A stretch of DNA of 64,000 nucleotides from an uncultured Chloroflexia bacterium (GTDB lineage Bacteria > Chloroflexota > Limnocylindria > Limnocylindrales > CSP1-4), in assembly GCA_963841545.1 (NCBI GenBank), contig CAWJDE010000007.1, positions 27,764 to 91,763 on the forward strand, given 5' to 3'. The number at the start of each line of letters is the position of its first letter. Within the stretch, counting starts at the first letter, position 1. The translations under genes and the position numbers were made by a program. The notes below the pieces were generated by a model, which was not told the DNA's origin, searched no databases, and was given only the letters and a program-made list of their open reading frames with translations. Positions 28,237 to 36,436 of this stretch are shown here, in pieces.

Positions 28237-29190
28237 TCAGCGGCCGCGCGAGCCACGCCCGGCGTCCTGGTCGAGCCGGGCCAGCAGCCGGTCCGCCGCC
28301 GCGTACGGGTCCAGCTCGTGGCGCGCCACGCCCTCGTAGACCTCACGCACCGAGGCGTCGCCCACGCGCTCCGCCAGCCGCTGGCGAACCCGCTCGGCGA
28401 CGACCTCCGCGATCTGGGCCGCGGCTCGCGAGACCCTGGCTGCGTGGACGGTCCGCCCATCGGCCCGGCGCTCGTCGAGCGCGGCGAGCAGCTCGCGGAT
28501 CCCCTCCCCGGTGACGGCGGTGGTGACGAGCACAGCGGGTCGCTTCGGGGCCGGGCGCGCCGGGTCCGTGCCGCTCCGCACGGCCGGGGTGAGCATCGCG
28601 CGCAGCTGGGACGCCGTGCGCTGCGCCCCGGGACGGTCGCCCTTGTTGACGACCACGATGTCGGCGACCTCGAGCAGGCCGGCCTTGATCGCCTGGACCT
28701 CGTCGCCCATCTCGGGTGCCTCGAGCACGACCGTCGTGTCCGCGGCAGCCGCCACCTCGACCTCGCTCTGGCCGGTACCCACCGTCTCGAGCAGGATGAC
28801 GTCGAACCCGGCCGCATCGAGCACGGCAGCGGCCGCGGTCGAGGTCGCGGCCAGGCCGCCCGCGTGGCCGCGCGACGCCATCGAGCGGATGAACACGCCG
28901 CCGTCGCCGGCGTAGGCCTGCATCCGGACGCGGTCGCCGAGCAGCGCGCCCCCGGTGATCGGGGACGACGGGTCCACGGCCACGACGGCCACGGACCGGC
29001 CGGCCGCTCGCAGCTCGGCGATGAGCGCGGCCGCGAGCGTGGACTTGCCCGCCCCGGGCGGTCCGGTGATGCCGACGAGATGCCCATGCCCGGCGGTCGG
29101 ATAGAGGCGGCGCAGCGCGTGCTCGGCGACGGGGGTGTGGTTCTCGACCGCCGTCAGCAGCCGCGCCAGCGACCGGCGGTCACCCGCCAT
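28237..29190 (-). CDS. meaB: MeaB/ArgK-family G-protein chaperone of B12-dependent acyl-CoA mutases
   Basis: A P-loop GITGPPGAGKST, with switch and dimerisation regions. I chose the start at MAGDRRSLARLL; an upstream GTG is possible. Confidence 0.8.
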   Translation of the reverse strand: MAGDRRSLARLLTAVENHTPVAEHALRRLYPTAGHGHLVGITGPPGAGKSTLAAALIAELRAAGRSVAVVAVDPSSPITGGALLGDRVRMQAYAGDGGVFIRSMASRGHAGGLAATSTAAAAVLDAAGFDVILLETVGTGQSEVEVAAAADTTVVLEAPEMGDEVQAIKAGLLEVADIVVVNKGDRPGAQRTASQLRAMLTPAVRSGTDPARPAPKRPAVLVTTAVTGEGIRELLAALDERRADGRTVHAARVSRAAAQIAEVVAERVRQRLAERVGDASVREVYEGVARHELDPYAAADRLLARLDQDAGRGSRGR

Positions 29191-29326
29191 CGCGGCGTCG
29201 GCGAGCGTCGCGGCGCGGACCGCCGCCGGGTCCCCGGCATCGGCATGCGCGCCTGGCGCCCGGACGCCGACGTCGTGCGAGCCACCGTCAGGGGCGCCGT
29301 CGGCCCGGGTGCCGGCCGCCACGCCC

Positions 29327-29731
29327 CTACTCGCGCGGTGTCGCGTTGGCGCGGATGAACTCGGCCACCTCGCCGATCGTCGTCCCGGGCCCGAACACCG
29401 CTGCCACCCCGGCCGCCTTGAGCGGCTCGACGTCATCGTCGGGGATGATCCCCCCGACGGTGACCAGGACGTCGTCGAGGCCCTGCTCGCGGAGCTGCGC
29501 GCAGACCCGTGGCACCAGCGTCATGTGCGCGCCCGACAGGATCGACAGGCCGACGACGTCGACATCCTCCTGGAGCGCCGCGGTGACGATCATCTCCGGC
29601 GTCTGGCGGAGCCCCGTGTAGACGACCTCGAACCCCTCGTCGCGCAGGCCGCGCGCCAGCACCTTGGCCCCGCGGTCGTGGCCGTCGAGGCCGGGCTTGG
29701 CGATCAGCACCTTGAGCGGTCGGTCGGTCAT
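29327..29731 (-). CDS. icmB: cobalamin-binding small subunit of an acyl-CoA mutase (IcmB/HcmB-like B12-binding domain)
   Basis: I chose the start [24 protein letters not shown]. The DxHxxG B12-binding motif and a Rossmann-like fold fit in about 135 aa. Confidence 0.8.
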   Translation of the reverse strand: MTDRPLKVLIAKPGLDGHDRGAKVLARGLRDEGFEVVYTGLRQTPEMIVTAALQEDVDVVGLSILSGAHMTLVPRVCAQLREQGLDDVLVTVGGIIPDDDVEPLKAAGVAAVFGPGTTIGEVAEFIRANATPRE

Positions 29732-29894
29732 GCCGCCGATTGTAGTGGCCCGGTCGGGTGCGACAGGGCTCGATGACCCGTCAGCCCGCATGCGCAGCCG
29801 GCCCACGGGTCCCGCCGCGCGACATCCTCCATGCAAGGGACGGATGGCGGGTCAGGCTGCCCTGCACGCCGATGCCGATTGCGCGCCGACGGGA

Positions 29895-30088
29895 CCGACC
29901 GCCGAAGGGGAGCGTCACCGACCGCCGAAGGGAGCGTCCGCGTTGCCGAGCTCCCGCGTTGCCGAGCGCCCGCCTTGCTCAGTGCCCGAGTTGCCGAGCG
30001 CCCGCCTTGCTCAGTGCCCGCCTTGCCGAGCGCCCGCGTCGCCGCGCCCGTGTCGCCGGGCCCGTGTCGCCGGGCGCCCGTGTCGCTG
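29895..30088. repeat. complex intergenic tandem-repeat region (several short units repeated 2-4 times)
   Basis: Four unit types recur: gaccgccgaaggg(g)agcgtc x2, gttgccgagcNcccgc x4, ccgccttgctcagtgcccg x2, cccgtgtcgccgggc x3. The region lies between the icmB start and the folE stop. Confidence 0.7.
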
Positions 30089-30322
30089 ACATTCATGCAA
30101 AGGACGGGTGGCCGTCGCCAGCTGCAGCAGCGTGGACGGCCGTCGCAGGCGATCCATGGCCGCGGGACGACCCGGTCACGCGTGCAACGATCGCCCCGGA
30201 TCCCGGCGGTCGCCCCGATTCGGGCCGGCAGGCCGGCCTCGCAATCGTCCTTTGACTGGATGACGGAATGGCTCGGTCGCGCGTCGAGCGTTCGAGCTGA
30301 CGAGGGGGGCGCGACCGATGGT

Positions 30323-31003
30323 TCAGGCGCCGGGCGCGGTCCGGCCGAGGTGGGCGAAGAACTCGGCGCGGGTCTTGTCGCTGCGCCGGAACAGGCCGAG
30401 CACGGCCGCGGTCGTCATCACCGTGCCCGGCTTGCGCACCCCGCGCATCGCGGCGCACAGGTGCGTGCCCTCGATCACCACGCCGACCCCACGCGGCTCG
30501 AGCCGCTCCATGAGGAACTCGGCGACCTGCTGCGTCATTCGCTCCTGGACCTGGAGCCGTCGCGCGTACATCTCGACAATTCGCGGGATCTTCGACAATC
30601 CGATCACCCGCCCGTCGGGCACGTAGGCCACGTGGGCGGCGCCGAAGAACGGCAGCAGGTGGTGCTCGCACAGGGAGTAGAACGGGATCTCCTTGACCAC
30701 CACCATCTCCGAGTAGTCGACCTCGAACACGGCCCGATTGATCAGGCGCTCGGGGTCGACGTGGTAGCCGGCGGTGAGCTCGAAGTACATCCGGTGCATC
30801 CGCTCGGGGGTCCCCGCGAGGCCGTCGCGCTGCGGGTCTTCCCCGATCTCGACCAGGATCTCGCGTACGGCCGCCTCGATCCGGCCGTTGGTGGCGCCCG
30901 CGAGCGGAGGAGCCGGCTCCTCGTCGCCCATCTCGTTCTCGATCTCCTCGACCAGGAGCCGGACGTGATCGGGGAGGTCGCGCGCGTGCGGGTGGTCGTC
31001 CAT
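30323..31003 (-). CDS. folE: GTP cyclohydrolase I
   Basis: I chose the start [10 protein letters not shown]. The FolE signature is present ([43 protein letters not shown]). Confidence 0.85.
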   Translation of the reverse strand: MDDHPHARDLPDHVRLLVEEIENEMGDEEPAPPLAGATNGRIEAAVREILVEIGEDPQRDGLAGTPERMHRMYFELTAGYHVDPERLINRAVFEVDYSEMVVVKEIPFYSLCEHHLLPFFGAAHVAYVPDGRVIGLSKIPRIVEMYARRLQVQERMTQQVAEFLMERLEPRGVGVVIEGTHLCAAMRGVRKPGTVMTTAAVLGLFRRSDKTRAEFFAHLGRTAPGA

Positions 31004-31084
31004 GGTCGACCGATGGTAGCGGGTGCGGCGATCAGCCGGCGGATCCGAGGATCGACGCGGTGACCTCGGCCGGTGCATAGCGCA

Positions 31085-32169
31085 TCAGGTTGTGGGCGGC
31101 CGAAGGGAACGTGACAACCCGGATGGCCGGGTGCCGTCTGGCTCGAGCGTGCCCCGCCGGGAGCGACCATTCGTCGGCAAGGGAACGCGCTCGTCGGCAA
31201 GGGCGCGCTCGTCGGCAAGGGAACGCTCATCGGCGAGGGAACGCTCATCGGCGAGGGCGCGCGCTCGGGCGACGCGGACCAGGGCTTCGAGCCGCTCCGC
31301 CCCGTCCCCACCGCCAAGCGCGACGAGCGCCGCGACCGGAACCTCGAGCACCGCCAGCACCTCCGCCGGCTCGTACGCGAACATGGTGCGGACCAGCGCC
31401 TCGACGACGAACGGCCGGACCGTCCGGACGACGCGGCCGGCGGCCGTCTCCACCACGGCCTCGCGGGCGGCCCGCTCCTGGTCCGAGTCCCAGCTGGCCG
31501 GGTCGAAGGCTCGGCGATCGGCGAGCCACGCGTCCATCGACTGCATCACCTGGGGAGGCTCGTCCAGGCCGCGCAGGAACTCGTCGACGTCGATCCCGGT
31601 CGTGGTCTCGAGCCGCTCCCAGCCACCGTCGACGAGGACCGTTGCGGCGCAGCGCGCCCCCAGGCGGGCGGCGGTCGCAGCCGCCACGATCCCCCCGAAC
31701 CCGTGACCCGCCACCACGACCGGCCGCTCGCCATCGTCGTCGATCAGGCCGGACGCCTCGGCCACTGCGATCGCGTCATCGGCCAGTGTGGCGAGGTCAT
31801 AGCCGGCAGGCGGCGAATTGGACAGGCCCTGGCCGCGAAGATCGGTGACGACCGTCCTCCGAAGCCGGCGAAGCCGGCGGGCGACCGGCGCCCACGACCA
31901 TGCGGGCTGCATCAGGCCCGGCACCAGCAGGATGCCCGGTGATCCGGTAGCCGGGCGTCCATTCCCCGGCGCAGCCGCGTCGGGCGGACCGCCCCAGTCG
32001 AGGAAGTGGAGCTTGACGTCGTCGGCGGTGATCACGAAGCCGTCCGGCTGCGCCAGAAGATCCGGCGCAGGAGCCCACCCCGGGTCGGGCGTCCAGGGTT
32101 CGAGACCGTGGGTGGGCAGCGCCGTGGGCTCGAAGCCGACGGGCGCGGGGCGGTCGGGAGGTTGCGCCA
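31085..32169 (-). CDS. alpha/beta-fold hydrolase with a C-terminal (L/A)ADER(S/A) repeat tail
   Basis: The start must lie at MAQPP (or MLAAM), because the longer track ORF would overlap the divergent metallopeptidase gene. A nucleophile elbow (GHGFGG) is present, and the C-terminus reads ALADERSLADERSLADERALADER. Confidence 0.6.
31170..31265. repeat. in-frame 15-nt tandem repeat (about 5 copies) encoding the LADER repeats
   Basis: The unit gctcgtcggcaaggg(a/c)(a/g)c recurs about five times, with variants. Confidence 0.6.
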
Positions 32170-32191
32170 TCGCGGCTAGCATACGGAGACC

Positions 32192-32611
32192 ATGGTCAAG
32201 CGCCGTCGAGGATCCCGGACCGCGCCGAGGTGGCAGCGTCCGGCTCGCCACGGCAGCTTCGACCGCCTCGTCGAGCGTGCAGTCGGCGGAATCCCGCCCC
32301 GGTTCCGCGCCGCCCTCGACGAGGTCGCCATCGTGATCGCGGACGAGCCCAGCCCCGAGCAGCTGCGCGAGAACGGCCTTGGTCCCGACGAGACCCTGTA
32401 TGGGCTGTACGAGGGAGTGCCGCTCAGCGAATGGGGCGCGGACTGGGTGCCCGAGCCAACCCGGATCCTCGTCTTCCGGCTGCCGCTGGAGGAGGACTTC
32501 CCCGATCCCGACGAGCTCGCCGACGAGGTCCGGATCACGATCCTCCACGAGCTGGCCCATCACCTGGGCATCGAGGACGAGGACCGCCTCACCGAGCTGG
32601 GCATCGACTAG
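32192..32611 (+). CDS. small HExxH metallopeptidase-family protein
   Basis: An HELAHHLG zinc-binding motif in a roughly 139-aa protein; this family is conserved across high-GC bacteria. Confidence 0.7.
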   Translation: MVKRRRGSRTAPRWQRPARHGSFDRLVERAVGGIPPRFRAALDEVAIVIADEPSPEQLRENGLGPDETLYGLYEGVPLSEWGADWVPEPTRILVFRLPLEEDFPDPDELADEVRITILHELAHHLGIEDEDRLTELGID

Positions 32612-32687
32612 CGTCGTGGCCGGCCGGGGCATGGACGGCGTGGCTGGCGCACTGCGCCGGGCCGAGGTCCACCCTGCGATCGGCGGG

Positions 32688-32806
32688 GCCGGCGCCCGGT
32701 TCAGGCGGCGCCCCGGTTCAGGCGGCGCCCCGGTTCAGGCGGCGCCCCGGTTCAGGCGGCGCCCCGGTTCAGGCGGCGCCCCGGTTCAGGCGGCGCCCGG
32801 GGGACG
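32688..32806. repeat. 18-nt tandem repeat (ccggttcaggcggcgccc), about 5.5 copies, intergenic
   Basis: Near-perfect head-to-tail copies lying between two convergent gene ends. Confidence 0.8.
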
Positions 32807-33853
32807 CGTGGACGCGCCGGCGATCAGGTCGCCGATCCGCTCGACCGAGACGTTGCCCCCGGACAGGATGGCGCACACGCGGTCCCCCTCCCGCAGCGGG
32901 ATGGTACCCATCAGCACCGCCGCCAGCGCGGCCGCGCCGGCCGGCTCGACGACCTGCTTGAGCCGCTCCGCGGCGAACCGCAGGCCGGCCAGGATCGCCC
33001 CGTCCTCGAGCAGGATCACGCCATCGAGATAGCGGCGGGCCACCTCGAACGCCAGCCGCCCGGCGATCGGCGCCCCGAGCCCGTCGGCGACGCTCGTCGG
33101 TGTGATGCGAACCGGCGCACCCGCGGCGAGGGCCCGGTGCAGCGCGTCCGACCCGACCGGCTCGACGCCGTAGACGCGCACCTTCGGCCGCGCCTCCTTG
33201 AGCGCGGTCGTCACCCCACCCATCAGGCCGCCGCCGCCGACGCCGATCACGACCACGTCGACGTCAGCCAGGTCCTCGAGGATCTCGAGCCCGCACGAGC
33301 CGTTGCCGAGCAGGACCTCCGGGTCGTCGTATGGGTGGACCAGCACGAGGTTCCGCTCGACCCGCACCTCTTCGAGCCTGAGGAGCGACTCGCCCACGTG
33401 GGCCCCGTGGAGCATGACGTCGGCGCCGTAGGCGAGACACGCCGCCACCTTGGACTCCACCGCGTCGCGGGGCATGACGACGGTCACCGGCACGCCTGCC
33501 TCGCGCCCCGCCCAGGCATACGCCTGGCCGGCGTTACCGGCCGAGATGGTGATCGCGCCGCGCTTGCGCTCCTCGGCCGTGAGCGACGCGATCCGGGCGA
33601 GCGCCGCCCTCGGCTTGAACGAGCCGGTCTTCTGGAGGTGCTCGGCCTTGAGGTACAGCCGCCCATCGGCCAGCCGGGCTCCCGTGGCTGCCTGCGCCAT
33701 GGACGCGGCGGACGCCGACGACAGCATCGGCGTGTGGTGGACCTTGCCGCGCAGGCGCGCGCGCATCTCGCGGATGCCGGCCAGCGTGATCGCCGTGTCG
33801 CTCACCCGACGAGTATGCCGCGCGGATGACCCCCATTCCTGGCCGGGAGCCAC
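32786..33853 (-). CDS. PLP-dependent threonine/serine dehydratase-family enzyme
   Basis: A PLP-binding Lys motif (SFKPRA) and a glycine-rich loop (GVGGGGLMGG). The start may be a GTG near 33808. Confidence 0.75.
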   Translation of the reverse strand: MAPGQEWGSSARHTRRVSDTAITLAGIREMRARLRGKVHHTPMLSSASAASMAQAATGARLADGRLYLKAEHLQKTGSFKPRAALARIASLTAEERKRGAITISAGNAGQAYAWAGREAGVPVTVVMPRDAVESKVAACLAYGADVMLHGAHVGESLLRLEEVRVERNLVLVHPYDDPEVLLGNGSCGLEILEDLADVDVVVIGVGGGGLMGGVTTALKEARPKVRVYGVEPVGSDALHRALAAGAPVRITPTSVADGLGAPIAGRLAFEVARRYLDGVILLEDGAILAGLRFAAERLKQVVEPAGAAALAAVLMGTIPLREGDRVCAILSGGNVSVERIGDLIAGASTRPPGAA

Positions 33854-33902
33854 CGCAGATTGCCACTTGCGTTATTGCGCAACTACTGACAAACTTGACG
33901 AC

Positions 33903-34199
33903 GTGATCGACACAGGGATCGGCCGCGATGCGGAACGGCAGCGCTCCGCCGTCGTGGCGCGTGCTCTCGGCGACCCCAAGCGGCTGTGCGTCCTTGAGGC
34001 GCTGGCCGGCGGCGAAGCGTCCGTGGGTGAGCTCGCGGCATGCGTCAGCTGCCAGGTGCCGAACATGAGCCAGCACCTCGCGGTGCTGCGCTCGGCTGGT
34101 CTCGTCACGACACGTCGTGACGGGAACACGGTGTACTACCGCCTCGCGGACCCCAAGGTCATCGAGGCCTACAAGCTTCTTCAAACCATCGCCCGCTGA
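33903..34199 (+). CDS. ArsR/SmtB-family metalloregulatory transcriptional repressor
   Basis: I chose a GTG start. The HTH region reads LGDPKRLCVLEALAGGEASVGELAACVSCQVPNMSQHLAVLRSAGLV, and Cys residues are in a position consistent with metal or redox sensing. Confidence 0.7.
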   Translation: MIDTGIGRDAERQRSAVVARALGDPKRLCVLEALAGGEASVGELAACVSCQVPNMSQHLAVLRSAGLVTTRRDGNTVYYRLADPKVIEAYKLLQTIAR

Positions 34200-34246
34200 A
34201 CGGGCCGTATCGGTCCCGCGGTTCGGCGGGAGAAAGGAGCCGCCAC

Positions 34247-34591
34247 GTGGCGGAGATCAAGGCAGCGACCGACGACACGTTCGAGACGCTCGTCCTCAAG
34301 AACGACAAGCCGGTGGTCGTCGACTTCTGGGCCACCTGGTGCGGGCCGTGCAAGATGGTCGCACCTGAGATGGAGAAGCTCGCCGCCAAGTACGACGGCG
34401 TGGTGGACGTGGTCAAGGTCGACGTCGATGCGAACCCCCGCCTGTCGCAGGCGTTCGGGATCATGAGCATCCCGACGATCGCGTTCTTCAAGCCCGGCGC
34501 ACAGCCGCAGGGTGTGATCGGCTTCCGGCCGCTCGACCAGCTCGAGCAGGCCTTCGGCCTCAACACGATCGCGGCGCCCAAGGTCTCCTGA
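34247..34591 (+). CDS. trxA: thioredoxin
   Basis: The active site is WCGPC (FWATWCGPCKM), and the protein is 114 aa. Confidence 0.9.
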   Translation: MAEIKAATDDTFETLVLKNDKPVVVDFWATWCGPCKMVAPEMEKLAAKYDGVVDVVKVDVDANPRLSQAFGIMSIPTIAFFKPGAQPQGVIGFRPLDQLEQAFGLNTIAAPKVS

Positions 34592-34612
34592 CCGTCGCTC
34601 GGCACGCCCCAC

Positions 34613-34648
34613 TGGACGACCCCGGCTGAGCCGGGGTCGTTTCGATTC
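34613..34648 (+). terminator. probable intrinsic terminator after trxA; bidirectional, since it also follows a convergent minus-strand gene
   Basis: A GC hairpin (gacgaccccggc-tgag-gccggggtcgt) followed by ttcgattc. Confidence 0.55.
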
Positions 34649-34678
34649 GGCGGCCGCTCGGGGTCGCCCGGCCGCCGG

Positions 34679-35125
34679 TCAGCCGCCCGCAGCGCGGCGA
34701 TGGGCGAGCCGGATCCAGGCCTCCGCGCGATCGAGGGCGAAGCGGTCGGTCACGGTCGGCGAGAACGCCAGCCAGCCGGCACCGCGCGCGGAGGGTTGCG
34801 TGTCCGGCGTGGCCAGCGCCGCCCGGGCCACGCGCGCGTCCAGCGCGACCTCCAGCAGGCCCGGACCCAGAACGGCGAACACCCGGCCCGCGAGCGAGAG
34901 GCGCTCCCCCGCCGGGTCAGGGTCGACGGCGACCCCGCCGATACCGCCGATCACGGCCAGCACGCGGTCCTCGAGGGACTCCCCCGTCCCTTCCCCCGCG
35001 ATCGCCGCCCCGCTCGCCGCCTCTGCCTCGTCAAGCGGCTCCGCGTCGAGCGCGTCGTCGTCCTTCGAGCCGTCCGGCGCGCCGTCGTCCGTCAAGCCGT
35101 CGAGATCGCCCGGGCCGGACGGCAC
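34679..35125 (-). CDS. hypothetical protein
   Basis: A C-terminal roughly 150-aa region in the frame that follows the stop of the upstream gene. The start is uncertain and no motif was recognised. Confidence 0.3.
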   Translation of the reverse strand: MPSGPGDLDGLTDDGAPDGSKDDDALDAEPLDEAEAASGAAIAGEGTGESLEDRVLAVIGGIGGVAVDPDPAGERLSLAGRVFAVLGPGLLEVALDARVARAALATPDTQPSARGAGWLAFSPTVTDRFALDRAEAWIRLAHRRAAGG

Positions 35126-35133
35126 GTGCCGGG

Positions 35134-35625
35134 TCACCGTCCCGCGGCCGCGAGGACCGCCCGCAGGTCGGGCAGGTGTTCTTCGTAGTGGGCAGTCATC
35201 TCCCCGAGGAACCACTCCTGGTGGCCCGCGTGCTTGATCCATCGCGTCTCGGGCACCACGGTCAGATAGCCGCGGAGCTCCCCGGCGGTCTCGACGAACC
35301 GCCGCCGGAGCTCCGCGATCGGGACCTCGCGGAAGCGGGCGACCGCCTCGTCGTTGATCCGATCGCCTGCGCCCGGTGACGCCTCCCACTCGGCGTCGAT
35401 CCGCGCGATCGTTGGACTCTGCTCGTTGATCGCCAGCTCCTTGGCGCCGGCCAGGGCATCCTCCTGGCACACGAGGATGTGCCCCATGAGGTCCCGACCG
35501 GACCAGCCGTGCGCGCCCTCGACCGGGTGCTCGAGCTCCTCGTCGGTCAGGTCGGCAAGGACCTCGTAGGCGCGGAAGGCATCGCGCTCGTCTTCGAGGA
35601 AGGAGAGGGCATCGAGGTACATGCT
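35134..35625 (-). CDS. DinB/YfiT-like four-helix-bundle family protein, putative
   Basis: I chose the start MYLDALSFLED. His-containing helix motifs (HGWSGRDLMGHI, HAGHQEW) are typical of DinB_2 and mycothiol-dependent isomerase N-terminal domains. Confidence 0.45.
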   Translation of the reverse strand, partial: SMYLDALSFLEDERDAFRAYEVLADLTDEELEHPVEGAHGWSGRDLMGHILVCQEDALAGAKELAINEQSPTIARIDAEWEASPGAGDRINDEAVARFREVPIAELRRRFVETAGELRGYLTVVPETRWIKHAGHQEWFLGEMTAHYEEHLPDLRAVLAAAGR

Positions 35626-35854
35626 GCCGGCATCGTAGCCGAGACCGTCCGTGCCGGACGGACTCGTGCGCGGACTGTTGGTTCCGAGGGCCGCTCGCTC
35701 GGAGGCCGCCCCCATCCGCCGGCCATCCTCAGGCCACCCTCCCGGCCACGCACGATCCACGTTCGCCACGGGTCAGCCCTCACCGCCAACCGCGATCCAG
35801 ATCGGAGAACAGCCGCTGCGTCCGCCCGTCCGGCCGCGCATGCGGACCGGCCAC

Positions 35855-36310
35855 CTACCCCCGGCGCCTGATGGTCGCCGGGGTCCTTTTCGCGCGCCTC
35901 CGGGTGGAGCCTGCCTGAACGCCGATCACCGCCAGCCACGGGTCGAGGAGGATCGCCCGGTCGGACTCGGACAGGGCGTCTCGCACCAGCAGGGCGGCTG
36001 CGGCGTCGAGGACCGTCGGCGCTGCGGCCTTGCGCACGTCGGCCAGCATGAGGTCCGCAAGGCCGCTGCCAGCCTCATCGCCCACGATCGCACCGAGCCT
36101 CGTTGCCCATGCCGCGACCTCATGGCGGAGGCGATCCAGGCTGCGGCCGCCGTCCTGCGCCGCCGCCGCATCTTCGATGGCCCGCCACGCGGCACGCCGA
36201 TCGGAACGGTCCGTGGTCTGTGCGCCGGCAAGCGCCAGCAGCTCGCCGCGGTCGAGAAACGGCAGTCTCGCGAGCAGGTCCGCCACGGCTGCCATGCCGG
36301 TCTCGGCCAT
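35855..36310 (-). CDS. hypothetical protein
   Basis: The ORF MAETGMAAVADLLARLPFLD has acceptable codon usage and lies downstream of icmA. No motif was recognised. Confidence 0.35.
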   Translation of the reverse strand: MAETGMAAVADLLARLPFLDRGELLALAGAQTTDRSDRRAAWRAIEDAAAAQDGGRSLDRLRHEVAAWATRLGAIVGDEAGSGLADLMLADVRKAAAPTVLDAAAALLVRDALSESDRAILLDPWLAVIGVQAGSTRRRAKRTPATIRRRG

Positions 36311-36436
36311 GTCGCCACCCCAGCTCAAGATCGGCGCACGCCGATCTCCGCCGATCGTCGCCAGACGCTGATGTCCGGTCAAGGGCCGCGTGGCCGCCCG
36401 ACCTCGCGCGGCGCGAGGCGGTTCGTCCACAGGCTC

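Noticed and set aside
32688-32806. Possible CRISPR array (also considered for the arrays at 11640..11795, 29895..30088 and 38258..38325)
   Set aside because: The repeat units are contiguous, with no unique spacers. They are 9-40 nt in few copies, and no cas genes are present, so these are minisatellite-type tandem repeats.
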